A stretch of DNA of 63,948 nucleotides, the filler included, from Thelocarpon superellum (Eukaryota): assembly GCA_026025795.1 (NCBI GenBank). It is 8 parts of 8 records of this genome, joined end to end, with 100 filler letters (N's around TTAATTAATTAA, not from the genome) between each part and the next. Parts side by side here need not be neighbours in the genome. Positions count along the whole stretch, not along the records: positions 33,587 to 41,828 come from JAPEUG010000609.1; positions 41,929 to 50,151 come from JAPEUG010000610.1; 6 more parts are not named here. One strand, given 5' to 3'. Shown piece by piece: positions 35,348-48,289 of the stretch (positions are counted from its first letter, which is position 1; the number at the start of each line of letters is the position of its first letter). The notes under the pieces were generated by a model, which saw only the letters and a program-made list of their open reading frames with translations, was not told where the DNA came from and did no database searches. The position numbers and the translations under genes are program-made.

Positions 35348-36624
35348 GTTGAATATTGATCCCAAGAGGAAAAGTGTGTAAATATCGTTTAACTGGTTGG
35401 TTGGTTATCTACAATAGCTGCGAGTGCAACGGGAGTATCTTCGGTCAGGTGATCGAACATGTGACCCCGCGTTCAGCCTAGCTTAAGCGCCGGCGGTACG
35501 TCTCGAAGCCTCACGTACGAAGGGCGAAGCGGGAGGGGGCACGGGTCAGAGAACGTGTTTCAACCCAAAATGTTCTTCTGGCTGCGACAATAACCCTCGT
35601 TCGCACCTTGGGCAAGACTTGCGACGTGACGGGTTCGTCTGTCGTGTCGTTACGGACGAGCACGCTTCGTGCGCGCTGGGATCTTTGGGATCCGAAGCTC
35701 CGACGTGCCTCTGCGCGCGAGAATATTGGCCGACGGATTCACAAGGTGGGGCTCTCCTGGGCCCTTCGACCGCGTTCATCGTCACGCCCTCGACACCAAT
35801 CTTTTTACACATGGTTCCTGCCGACTGCGTCACTGCCTCGCGCTTCACTGCCTACTGCTTTACTGTTTCGAAAATAGCCCCCGACGTAAACTGGGTCGAA
35901 TCGTCATCGGTTGGCCGCCGTAATTGCAGAGGCTGGGATGGATGGTTTGGGTAAGACCGGGCCAGGATTATGACGAAGCCAATCACGGTGTTGCACGATG
36001 TAGCTTCCGAGGCCGTGGCCGGTCGCTCGGCGAAATCGCGTCGACGAAAAGCATTGAATCGTGTCGGTGACTCAAGACGACCCAGACCTCTACGGAGGGT
36101 GATGGAGCCACGTCGACGGGAAATGGATGACGCCTGGTCACTGTGCTCTACCTGGTGCTCGACGTGTGTGGAAAGTTGACGCTGATGTGGGGAGGAGAGC
36201 AAGTCCCGCTTTTTAGCGCCGAAGGCTGAACGCGAAGACGGGCAATCCGCGAGTCCGCGAGTCCGCGAGTCCGCGAGCCCACGAAGCCGCGCTGAAGCGA
36301 AGAGCGTGAGCGTGCGGCGCGCGTAGACACGACCTCGACCTACCCTACTCGAGCACGCCAACGACACGCCAAACGCTTCACACGGCACATTGCATGCCAC
36401 CACTTCTGCCAACTCCCCCTCCGCCTTCTCCTCCTCCCCATCGTGCTCTTCCAGATCCCTTCTGCACTCCCACACCGAGCTTCGTTGCCGTGCACTGCTC
36501 CCACCCTCTACCCACGCTCCGCGTCGTTCGCTCCAATGTTGACATGATGCACCCACGGCTCTGAGAGCGGAGCTCACCCCCCAAGCCGCTCCAGCCACCG
36601 CCGACGCACGTCGGCACGTTCGCG

Positions 36625-38240
36625 ATGGACTCGTCTCCTGCCCGGCCGAATGGCCCACCGGCACCCATCGCTGGCACCAAACGGCCTGCGTCCACCCTGC
36701 TACCCGCGTTCGAGCCACTGTCGTCCTCACCTGCGCTCCCACGGCCCATCAAGAGATTGGCTCGCGTGTCCCCCGCGGAACACGAGGCCCAGATTCTCAA
36801 GTACCCCACCCCCGTGCCTACGTCGTCGACGGGGATCTTGTCCTCCTCGCCGCCGGCCTTGTCGCGTGCCCGGCCGGCTTTCCACCGGACCGCCTCGTCC
36901 GTGTCGGAACGCGCTCCTCTGTCCGCCGTGCCGTCCATCAGCCTGCCGGAGAACGGCGAGCCAGTGCTCATGGGGCGGTCGAGCAACTCGTCACATTATC
37001 AATTGTCAGCCAATCGACTGATTTCACGCGTGCACGTTCGCGCCACATACCTGGCCACGTCGAACCTCCTGACCCCGAACAAGGTGGAGATTGTATGCAT
37101 GGGATGGAACGGCGTCAAGGTGCATTGTCAAGGTCGCACGTGGGACCTGGCCAAGGGGGATAGCTTCACGTCGGAGTCCGAGCACGACGTCATGCTGGAT
37201 GCCCAGGACAGTCGCGTGCTGATAACCTGGCCCAGCGCGGCGCGAAAGGGGTCGTCAGCCCAGTCGGACGCGACGTGGGATGAGGAAAATTCTCCCAAGT
37301 CGGCCAATCGGGGACTGTCGTCTCGCGCACGAGTCTTGGGAACCAGCCCACTCCGTCAACGGGAGGGCTTGCATTCGCCAGAATCACCCACGCCAGCAGG
37401 AAACATCCCTTCGCCCGAGTCTCCGCTGAGTAAGCCTCTCGGCGGATCAGTGCTGGGAAACCCCGTGGTGGTGTACGAAGACGAGCATCCCGAAGAGGAG
37501 GTGGAGGGCGAGCCGACGCAATCGACTCAGCATGTTTCACAGGCGAATCCGAAGGTGCCAGAAGAGAGCGAAGCCGACAAGGTGGAAGAGTTCTCGGACC
37601 AGGACGAGGAAAACGACCCGATCATTCAGGCGTTCGGGCCTCAGGGAGACAATATCCTCCCACTCATGGCGTCCTGCACGACGGGGGATGGCGTGGAGGG
37701 AGGAGCAGCAGCGGAGTCCAAAGACTCTGCGACAGCTGCAGAGGGGGCATCGCCGCACCGATCCAGCTCGGAAAGCACCCGGGCCGCGCCACCCTCCACG
37801 ATCGTGAATCACATCGTCAACCAGCTCGCTTTCTCGCGACTTTCATCCACGCCTCTCTCCTCCATCCTCAGCAACCTGCCCTTGGAACTCCGCAACACCA
37901 GCTCACCGGGCAACGAAAACGCGTCGGAACCGATGACGACCGAGTGCCTCCGCCAAATTCTGCACACCGCGCCGTGCATTGGTGAAGTCAGCCGCGAAGG
38001 CAAAGACGCAGCAGGTCGCTTGCTCGAGAGCGAGTTCTACTACCTTCCAGACCTGGACACAGACGAGAAGCGACGAGACGCCGTCGTGGATGGACTGCGG
38101 AAGCCGGGCTTGAGGAATTGTCGTAAACAGCACAAGGTGTGTATTCCTCGTCTCTCTTCATTCGATGACGAAGTCATGAAAAACGACGAGGCTGACAGAT
38201 GGAATAGCAGTATTACTGGCGGAAGCCGAAGAAGGCGTGA
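36625..38240 (+). CDS. TOS4: FHA-domain transcription regulator Tos4/Plm2-like, 2 exons
   Basis: LKYPTPVPTSSTGILSSSP; FHA domain MGRSSNSS...NRLISRVHV...GWNG; C-terminal NHIVNQLAFSRLSSTP...CIGEVSREGKDAAG..LESEFYY...LRNCRKQHK|QYYWRKPKKA* (intron 38137-38207). Confidence 0.85.
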
Positions 38241-39120
38241 TTGATGGAGGGGAGGGGATCACGCGATTCATCCTCCTTATACCTCCCTTTCACTCTCAAG
38301 TCATCTTCACCTTGTCACGGTCGACAAAGCAAGATTGTACATCGCACCTCTCCTCCCTCTCCCTTTTCGCCCACAAAAGCGTCCTCCCTCTGCAACACGC
38401 CACCGTGCGTCCCGTGTAGCCCGTGTGTCACGTGCATCTCACCCAGTATGTCCCCGCCTGTGTTTCTCTCTCTCTCTCTCTCTTCATCTCAATGCGTGCG
38501 TGTGTTGTACGTATGAAAATGTACATCAGTCTCGATACCTAGACTCGATCCGCATTTGTTCTGTATTTCTCTCTCTCCCTCTCTCATATTCTCGTTCTTG
38601 TCTCCCCGCCATTCTCCTGTCGTCTCTCTTCCGTCTACCACTAGGCGCGTTCGACTGGATTCTGCTACGCACCGCCACGTCCTGCTACTACACAGTGGGT
38701 CGTGGGTCGCTGGTAGAGAGTGGGGAGCAGGTAGAGAATGCAGCTATTTAGACCAGTAGCATGGCACGTGCTTCTCTTACTCTCATCTGCTCCTCTCAGA
38801 CGCATTTCTTCAACGTGGACCGGGATCGTTGAATTGCGTGTTTGTTAGCGGTAAGCGGTAAGCGGTAAGCGGTAAACAGAGAAGGCGGATCGAGAAAGAC
38901 TCATCTACGCTACGCAGCGATACGCATTCGTTTCTTCCTCTACATCTCTCATTCTTCTCTTCGTTATTCTTCTCCTATCCTTTCCATCCTTTCCCCCTTT
39001 CCCCTCCCTCCTCCTCCTCCGTCGCCCCCTGCTTCTGCTCTTCTCTTCTTGAGCTCTCCCGCTCGCTCGCAGTGTCGATCCATCTCTAGTGCACCCGCAC
39101 ACACACACACTCTCTCTCGT

Positions 39121-41592
39121 CTACTTCTTCTCATCCTTCATCTCCTCCACCCCACCATCCGAAACACCATTCGCATCTGCAGAAGCCGACGCCGACGCCG
39201 ACGCGTCCTTCATCTCCTCGTCCTTGCCGGCGTCTTTCTTCCCCTCGGCGCCGCCCTCGTCCTTGCCCTTGGCCGACGCTGATCCAGTAGCGGCCGCCGC
39301 AGCCGCGGCGGCTGCAGCCTCGCGCTCCGCCCGCTTGGCCGCTTCGATCTCGTCGCGCGCTTTCTGGATCGCGGCTCGTTCGGCCTCGAGCTTGTCCAGA
39401 TAGCGCTGCGTGATGGGCCCCGCGACGAAACGGATCTCGTCCATCTTCGCCGTGTACACTGCTTTGCTTGCGTCTTCGCCTTCGTCGTAGAGCCAGTCCT
39501 GGTTACGCATTGCGTCAGTGAATGCCTTGGGCGACGGTAGTGGATGATCGCGTACCTCGGTGTCTTCTAGCTTCTTCTTCAACTTGCTCTTCTCATCCTC
39601 GCTTGCGAGCTCCGCGTACTGGTCGTCGATCTTGCCACGCATCTCGTAAATGTAGGATTCCAGTTCGTTCTTCTTGTCCTCCGTGTCCGCCACCAGCTTG
39701 TCTTCCATGAACATGGAATTTTCTTTTTCCGCGTACGCCTGCTTCGTCGAGTGGTCCAGCGATGCCGTCCCGGAGGATACGGGCAGGTCGCCCTTTCGCA
39801 CTTGCTTCTTGACCTTGCGTGTCTTGGGCTTTGCGTCGGCGCTGCCGTTCGGTGGGTCGGTGTCCATGGCCTGCAACCTGTTAGTGCTGTGTGGTGGAGC
39901 GGGGTTGGTGGACGTACATCGCCATCCTTCTTATCCTCATTTTCTTCGGGTATCGGCTCGTCGACCTCGACCTCCTCCACGTAGTAGCCCGACTCCACGT
40001 TCAAGACCCCGTGGAGATTGAGCCGGGCCTTGAGCTTGCAGATCATAAAGTCGTCCTTGGAGTCCGCCTTGACGCCCTTGACCGAGAAGCGACCAATCCA
40101 CGGGTTCATCCGTCCCGGGAGCATGTCGGGCTTGGCGTACTTGGACTCCAAGTCGAACGGCTGCTTGCGATAGAAGGTGAGGATCTTGGTGGACGGCATC
40201 ACGTTGCCCTTGTTGAAGACGGTGAGACTCGTGTCCTCATCCGGGATATCCGGCGACTGCTCCCACGTAAACTCGATCGGGTAGTTGACAATGTCGTGCA
40301 CGGAGAAGTCGCGCACCCGGAAGATGAGCGAGCCCATGGCGCAGCTAAAGGCGCATCCGCGCGCCACTGCCTCGTCTTGGTTGAGGGTGAAGGAGAGCGG
40401 CTTGCCAAAGAAGTGGTGGACGCGCTCCTTGAGCGAGGGCACGCGCGTGCACCCTCCCACCATCTCCACGGCGTCAATGTCCTCGGGCTTCATCTTGGCC
40501 TCCGCCAACGCCTGCTCCAGCGGCAGCGTGGCGCGGTCCAGCAGCGGCTTGACCAGCTCCTCGAGCTCATCGCGCTTCATCAGCGCTTGCACATCCACGT
40601 CGTTCATCAGCGACTCGATGTTGAGTGGCGCCTGGGCGTTGGCCGACAGGATCTTCTTGAGCTTCTCCGCCCCGGCGGCAACCCGGACCAGGGCCTTGGG
40701 GTTGGTCTTGATGTCGATCTTGTACTTCTCCTTGAACTCCTTGGCAAAGTGGTCGACCAGGGCCTTGTCAAAGTTTCGCCCGCCAAAGTGTCGATCGTAG
40801 CTTGTCGCCTTGACCGTGAGCTCGCCCTTTTTGAACTCCACGATGGAGCAGGTGTAGCTGCTGTGGCCAATGTCGACAAAGGCCACCCGCCGCGGTTTCT
40901 CGTCGCCCGAGGGGAGGTCGGTCTTTGTGATGCCGTAGCCCAAGGCCGTGGCGGTGGTGTCGTTGATCAGGCGCAAGAGCTTGAGCCCCGAAATCTCGGC
41001 GGCGTCCATCAAGCCTCGCCGTTGCGTGTCCGTGAACCAGGCCGGCACGCTGATGACAATGTCCGCGACCGACGCCTTGAGCTCCGCCGCCGCCGTGGCT
41101 TTGATCTTGTTCAAGAACATGGCGACCAACTGCGTCGCCGTGAACTGCTCCTTCTTCCCCATGTACGTCACCTCGGCCCCGACCTGGCCGCCCACGTCGA
41201 TGAGCGGCGCCGACACATAGTCCTGTTCGATCAGGACGTCGGGGTCCTTGATGGAACGACCGGCCAGGCGCTTCAGCGAGCCCACGGTATTCTTCAGATT
41301 CGAGATCTCTTGAGTTTTGGCCGCTTCACCGATGTAGCGGCTCTTGGGTCCAAATCCGACGAGGGACCTAGAGGGAAATGGTCAGTCGCACGTGGGCTCG
41401 ACGGGGCCGGGGATGCTTACGGCGTCGCACGATTCGAGACTTCATTGGTGATCTAGTGAGGGTCAGTCTGGACGGCAGGCCGGGCGAGGGCGTCGTGGTG
41501 GCGGCGGTGAGACTTACCACGTCGACGCCTCGATTGCGCGCAACGGCGATCACGGTGTTGAGCGTGCCGAGATCCACGCCAACGACACTCAT
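39121..41592 (-). CDS. SSE1: Hsp110-family chaperone Hsp88/Sse1, 5 exons
   Basis: MSVVGVDLG..., INDTTATALGYG, DIGHSSY, FGGRNFD, VGGCTRVP, LNQDEAVARGCAF, DTEDKKNELESYIYEMR, DWLYDEGED. Confidence 0.96.
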
Positions 41593-41828
41593 CTTTGCGA
41601 GACCACGCGAGCTTGATGGTGGTGGTGGGATGCGAGAGGGACAGGTGCAGTTGGAGCACTGCCCGTGCGATGGGGGACCTCGAGCTCGGTGGTGGAGAGT
41701 GGAGCGGCGGGGCGGTGGAGGGAAGTGGGGTGGAAGAGAGAGATATTGATTGTTTTGGCGGTAAGTGGGTGCTTAATCCTGCGCCGTACCGCTGGACGTT
41801 TTGCTGGCAAGTGGAAGAAAGTCTCGTA

Positions 41829-41928
41829 NNNNNNNNNNNNNNNNNNNNNNNNNNNNNNNNNNNNNNNNNNNNTTAATTAATTAANNNNNNNNNNNNNNNN
41901 NNNNNNNNNNNNNNNNNNNNNNNNNNNN
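41829..41928. other. Artificial contig-joining spacer
   Basis: N44-TTAATTAATTAA-N44. Confidence 0.98.
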
Positions 41929-43153
41929 GACGCGGGACCGGTATAGCTTGTGGCGATGCGCAGCTCAGAAAAGGTATCGAGGATGTCGAGCTTGGTGAGA
42001 TTGAGTCTGGGCCGCACCAACGTCCTGATCAGCTTGTTCTACAGCAGACAAAGAAGGAAGGAGGGCGTCACGCACGCTGTGTAGTGGTTGATGGTTGCGG
42101 AATATTTGACGACGACGAGATCCAGCCAGCCGCATCTTCGACGTCGACCCGTGGTGACGCCATATTCGTGGCCAATTTCCTGCAGCTTCTCTCCGATCTC
42201 CTAAAAGCTGTCAGCATTGACGCCAGAGCGATGTGGTCGAGGACGTACATTGATCTGCTCTGTCGGGAAGGGTCCCGCGCCCACTCTGGTAGTGTATGCC
42301 TTGACCACTCCGATGATGTCCTGGATCTTGAACGGGTTCAGGGCCAGTCCGGTAAAGACACCCCCGATGCCCGTATTGGACGAAGTGACGTAGGGGTACG
42401 TCCCATAGTCAAGGTCCAACATGATGGCGTTGGCGCCCTCCACCAGAATCTTCCGGTTGGCCGCCTGGGCCGACGAGATCATCGGCACCGCGTCGATGAC
42501 GAATCCTTGGAGCTGCGTACGGTAGGTCTGCGGAGAGAAAGGATGGATCAGCAGCTGCCCGAGCACCTTTCGCCTGAATCATGGGACCGTACCTTGAATC
42601 GCGCAAGCTCCTCCTCGACGTCATATTTCAGCAGGTCTCCAAATCGTTTCCGGTATCCGTCGGCCAAGGTCCGCAGCTTGCGCTCCAAGACGGCCTCATC
42701 AAAGACCTCGGACATGCGGACACCGCTGCGGCTGGCCTTGGTGCTATAACATGGCCCAATGCCCTTTTTGGTGGTGCCAATGTTCCCCTTGCCCAGTTCC
42801 ACCTCCTCCAGGCCATCGACCAATTGATGGAGGTCGAAGACGACGTGGGCGCGGTCGGAGATGAAGATGCGGCCGGTGGTGTCGAGGCCTTTCCGCTGCA
42901 GCTGGGCAAGCTCGTGGAAAAAGGAGGGGACGTGGACGACGACGCCGGAGCCGATCAAGTTGGAGCATTGGGGATTGACCAATCCCGAGGGTAGGATGTG
43001 AAAGTCATAGGTGGTGCCATTGGCCACGATGGTGTGTCCGGCGTTGTTGCCGCCCTGACACCGGGCGCAGATATCCGACTCGGCGCACAGAATGTCGACC
43101 AGCTTTCCTTTTCCCTCGTCGCCCCATTGGGCACCGATGACCACGGTCGCCAT
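41929..43153 (-). CDS. ADE12: Adenylosuccinate synthetase, 3' truncated by contig end
   Basis: [101 protein letters not shown]. Confidence 0.97.
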
Positions 43154-43585
43154 GGTGGAGGCCGGTCAAGTGGTCAATCGATCGGCTGCTGCGTGTGTGC
43201 ACGTGTGTCCGAGGGGCGCATCGAACCTCAAGACCCGTCAGACGCGACGATCCGGAACATGCGAGACATGCTGGCAGCAATTCTGGCTGATGTTGCCGTC
43301 TGCCATCCTGCGTCCGGGTCCCGGACCAAGCGAAGTCTCCGGCGAGGACACAGCGAACCAGGGCAAAAGGGCGCATTGGGGTCTCGTGGAGGGGCAAAAT
43401 GGTGCCCCACTACGACTAACGAATTTTCTCACGCGTCTCGCATCACGCAATCTCGGTCGCTCGCGGGGTTCCGTGCAAGCCGACGATGTCGACACGACTT
43501 TTGCACCAAAGTAAACCTAACTAAACATCCTCGACCATGCGTCTCCATTCCGGCTCCCCTCTATTGTTGCTGTGTCTTTCTTCAT

Positions 43586-44962
43586 TCACAGCTTCGATTT
43601 GGTCGCCATCAAGCTCGACGTATTGGGGAGAATCTCTGCGAAGCTAGTCAGGAGCCGTGCCATGCCCACATTGTTCCACACTATGTTACTCACCTAAGTC
43701 TTCCTTGCGGATTTCCGCGACGCTCCGGAATCCGCCCACTCCGAGCAGGATGTCAAAGTCTCCCAGCAGACTTTTCATGACGTGACGCACGCCATGTTCG
43801 CCCATGATACTGAGTCCCCAGATCCACATGCGGCCCACAAAGACAAATTTGGCTCCGAGTGCCAAGGCTTTGAAGACGTCGGCTCCTGTTCGGACGCCCG
43901 AATCGAACATGATCTGTCGAGCGATTAGAGACGGACACGATGTGACATGAACAGTAGGCGCCTGACAAGAGTCTGATCACCCACGGCATCCACAATCTTC
44001 TCGAGCGCGTCCAAGCTCGCGATGGCACCATCCACCTGTCGGCCCGCATGGTTACTGACGACTATGCCGTCCACGCCCAACTCGACGGCCTTCTTGGCGT
44101 CTGCCACACTCTGAATACCTTTGAGGCAGAACGGACGCCCTCGGGAGATTCTCTTCCACTGCTCCATCAGCCACGGCATCTTCTCCCAGCTCCATGCCCG
44201 CCCATGCCAGACGCTGTCGATCCACATGGCTCCGGCCTTTTCCGGATCCTTCTTTGGATCCACCCCGGCCACTGCCAGGCGTTTCTGAAAGACAGGGTCG
44301 GTCAAGCCCAGATCAGCGCCAATCCCTCGATAGAAAGCGTAGTTGCCGGTCGAGACGTCATCATGCCGCCAGCCCAGCTGCCAGGTATCCAGGGTCAGAA
44401 TGCAGGCGTCGAACCCGTTCGTCCATGCTCGCTCCAGCAGCGAGAGAGTCAATTCGTCGTCGTGCGGCATGTACAGCTGGTAGAAGCGCGGGCCAGTGCC
44501 GTTGGCCTTGGCCACATCTTCAATGCTTGTACTACCCGCCGTGGACAGACAGTATGGGAGATTCAACTCCTGGGCGACCTTGGCGACGGGCAATTCGCCC
44601 AAGGGATGGTAGATTTTGTTGATGCCGATGGGTGCAAACCCAATCGGAGCCGCGACTTTGTGTCCGAAGAGGGTGGTGCTCGTATCACGCACGTTGGTAT
44701 CGACGAGCATGCGCGGGATGATGCGATGACGATAGAAGGCCTGACGATTGGCGAGGTGGGTCCACGAGACGCCCGCGTTGGACGAGGCATAGTACCAGCC
44801 GCCCTGGGTGAGCTTCTCCCTCGCGAGGTCCTCCAACTTACCCGGATCGGTGTTGAAGAGCGGCACGTGGCCCTCGTTCGTCTTCCAGAAATTCTCTCGC
44901 TGGTACAGGGCCCATTGCGGCGAGGAGCGGGCCTTGATGTTGGGGTTGTTGGGGTCCGACAT
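43586..44962 (-). CDS. FMN-dependent alpha-hydroxy-acid oxidase/dehydrogenase (lactate 2-monooxygenase-like) with C-terminal PTS1, 3 exons
   Basis: WYYASSNAG, FAPIG, FYQLY, LTLDT, LKGIQS, VSNHAGRQVD, FDSGVRTGADVFKALALGA. The last exon (after intron 43693-43636) gives EILPNTSSLMATKSKL*. Confidence 0.92.
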
Positions 44963-45458
44963 GCCAATGGGAGTATAATAATGCGCCCTCAATGTGCAAA
45001 GTGCGGAGAATTCGTACCTTTTTGTTGCCGCACCTTGAATGCATTAGAGCTCGGCGTGGTGGTCTAGATGCCTACACAGCTCCGGAGCAGAGCGGGGCAC
45101 CTCGCACGATTCGATCATGACGATGACGTCGGGAGCTCTCACATTGTTTCCCGACTGTCTCTAGCTCATCCGGGGTGCTCCTGTCCTCGGCTTTGCACGC
45201 CACATCTACGCGCTACGGGGTGCCCCGTCGCTTCCGCTCCTTCCGTCACAAGGCCCCCTACGCCTCTTGGGCGCGTATTCGATCTCGTGGGGAGGATCTG
45301 ATCACAAGAATATACGGTAGGAATGGTAGAAAACGCCCAACCCAAGGTGCAGCCCACGTATATCACCGACACCAACATACTCCGTCCATCCATCCAAATT
45401 TCATCAAATGTCGTCCCTCCACTATACAGTCCATCGGAGGCGTGGCTGTCTCCACCGC

Positions 45459-46813
45459 CTATACCGACTTCCGTCGCTCGGATGTCTTCGCATCAAACGC
45501 AACCCATCGCTTGTTTTTCAGGTGATACGTGAAGAAGTCGTGGTCCCACTGCAAGATGTCGTGTTCAGTTGCATGCGCGTCTAGGTCGAGCAGGAGAAGT
45601 ACCTTGGAACCCTTGTATCGCGAGCCCAACAGATCGTTGAGGGCCTTGCCAACCCCACCTATGCCGATGACAAACGGGATGATCTGGCCGGTGGTGTTGA
45701 TGGCGTAGACGCCCGTGATGTTGTTCCAGGAGAGCGTGAGCTCGATCGATAAGATGGCCAAGACAAAGGGGATCAAGACCAGCTTCGGAATCCTGCCCTT
45801 CAATTAGCCTGTGCTCCATCCAGACCCTGCCCGTCAGCCGAGTAGTACTTGAGAAACGCCGCCGGTCCCCTGGTCTCTGCATCGCCAACCGCCGTTTCGC
45901 GACCGAGGTAGAAGAATCCGTAGAGGAGCCAGCGCGAATAGTTGGGGGCGAATGCTCGCTCTTTCTGCCACGCCGCCATGCCGGCCTCGTCGCGCCCGCG
46001 CATCATCACCCATCTCCCCCGGATGCTGTCGCCGATATATCTCTTGAGCATCCGCGCCAGCTCCTGGGCCGTGGACGACCGGAATCCTTGCAGAATCTGC
46101 CCGAGGAGCACGAGGATCAAGATGGCAGAATGTGCGGTGGAAAGGACGGTGTAAAAGTTGCGGGCACGGCCGAACAGATCCACTCGGGCGAACAGAAAGG
46201 CAGAGGTGCCGCACGGGGTTTTCAAGAACTGATCGATCCCCCGATACCAGTACCAGAGCCCGAAGAAGGTCATGGCGGCGATGACGAAGAAACGAAGGTA
46301 GAGGCCAAGCACGGACAAGCGACTCTGCCGCATGGTTTTATCCAGGAGCATGACGTAGGTGTCGCCGAAGAAGATGTGCAGGAGCACCAGGATTTCCACG
46401 GCGTACGTCGTCGAGACGCTGGTCGTGGAGAGAGTGGCCGCGGCGGCCAAGAGCGCCACCAAGAAGACGGTGTCGATGTCGAGGAAGTCGCGAGCCTTCT
46501 CGGGCATGTAGAATTTGGCAATCAGCGCGCCCGTCCATTGGAGATAGATGCCCACCCGGATGCCTAGCCCGTAGACGTCGGAGTTGCCGACGAATCCGCA
46601 TCCCTCGGGCTGTGCGTCTCCTAGACTGCGGCGATGAGGCGCCTCCACCTGCGGCGACGGAGGGTCATGGGAGAGGCTGCGCGGCCTCAATGTCAGGCTC
46701 GTGCCAAGATTGACCAAGGCAAGGAGACACAAGATGCCCAGCAGAATGTCATGAATTCCCGGAAGACCGTGACGACATCTTGAGAATAGATCCGTGCCTC
46801 GTCGGACGCGCAT
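45459..46813 (-). CDS. Uncharacterised multi-pass membrane protein (GNSDxYGLGIRxGxYLQW family)
   Basis: Hydrophobic N-terminus, CGFVGNSDVYGLGIRVGIYLQW and several TM segments. After an intron at about 45848-45798 it reads ILSIELTLSWNNITGV..INTTGQIIPFVIGIGG, a C-terminal motif common in this fungal family. Confidence 0.75.
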
Positions 46814-47416
46814 TGCTCAAGCCGCTCAGAGGTTCATGTCGACTTTTATACTCCGATCGTGACAGTAGCTTGGCTAGGATTAACATGGTCGTGGTTCAGA
46901 GCGTGGAGACGAGCATGGCCCGGGCCCTACCGCTAGCTAGATGGCGCTCTTGGTCGTGTGGTACGAAGTATCGGTACTTGGTGCCGTATGAGGCCCAAGG
47001 GTACTCGCTATTAGGAATAACATAGTAGCTGCGCGGCCCTGCCATGTGACCTAGCATAGTAGTGGAGCGGCTCAGGCCCCGGGGACTGAGCGGCTACAGT
47101 CAATGAATAGGCGTATCGCTGCTGGCCTCCCTACCCAACCGCGCGAGTTTTCCTACCAAGTACTGCAACCCTCGCGCGCAAAGGGTTCTTGCCACCCCCC
47201 GTACAAGTATGTCACGCTCTTCCTTGTACTTGAGTCATGCGAGCGGCGTGAGGTGTGAAGTCACCTCTGGGAAGTATCCTTCTCCCTCATCCTCCCAACT
47301 CTATGCGGTACGGAAGGACGGAGAACATCTTTCGCAGATTGGAGTGGATCAGATTCGCCCAGCGTCCAGCTCTCGACGCGAGAGTACCTAGCATCCACTC
47401 TGGCCGCAAGGAACGA

Positions 47417-48289
47417 CTACAGCTTCGTCTTCCGCCGCTGTGCATCCCAGCTTTCCACCCGCTGTGCGCTCTCCTCTCGCTCTTTCGTCTCCTCGACGCG
47501 ATTTCGCGCCTGCTGGCTCTCGTGGTGGTTATCCAACGAGGCCACTGCATCCCGGTAGAGTTCTCGTTTCATCGCGCCATTCGCTCCCGTCGGGCCGCGC
47601 GCCCGCAGGTTCTTGTCCGTCACCAGCGCCATCACCTCTGGCCACCCGCCCAGCACGTCAACTAGACCCTCCGCCAACGCCTCAGGGGCCGTGTAGCGCT
47701 TGGTTTCGATGACAAGTGCGCGTCGCGTCGCCGGCGTCGGCACCTTGAGCGTCAACAAAGTTACCATGGGCGGTGGCAGCGGAAAGCCAAAGTCCTGCTC
47801 GTTCAGGCACATCCAGCCACGATGCGGGTTGAAGACTCGGTAGTCATGGTGCATGGCCAACATGAAGCCAGCGGCGTAGGTATGTCCGTTGAGCCAGGCG
47901 ATGGTAGGCATCGAATATCTGTGCGCGGCTCCTGGTCGGCTTCACCACAACTCCGAGGGGGCGTAGAGGACTACGTACGTCAGGAAGCGCCGAAACATCG
48001 GCCAGGCGCACTCTTCCCAGAATCGCGGCGTCGCCGCCGCATGCTGTAGATCCATGCCATTACTGTAGAATTTGGGGATCCCGCTGGTCGTCACCACCAC
48101 CCCCGGTACATATCGATTCTCGATGATGTCAAGTGCGAGCACGAGCGCTTCACAGACGGCTTTCGTCGTCCGATTGTCTGGAGGAGAGATCAGAGTGAGC
48201 AGGTAGACCTTGGGGACCGGCTCGGTGCAAGTGAGGGAGCCATCGGTCATGGGAAGGGGGAGGGTGAAGAGCGGAGAAGGGCCGGACAT
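47417..48289 (-). CDS. Crotonase-fold enoyl-CoA hydratase/delta-isomerase-like protein, PTS1-like end, 2 exons
   Basis: YLLTLISPPDNR...KFYSNGMDL...FRRFLT|YSMPTIAWLNGHTYAAGFMLAMHHDYRV...CLNE...EALAEGLVD...RRKTKL*. Confidence 0.88.

Noticed and set aside
39891..41456. 521-aa + strand ORF opposite HSP88
   Set aside because: It is an antisense shadow ORF caused by strong GC3 codon bias, well known for Hsp70-family genes. The same applies to the shadows at 14109-14912, 30550-31887, 32342-33538, 44048-45067 and 51673-52929.
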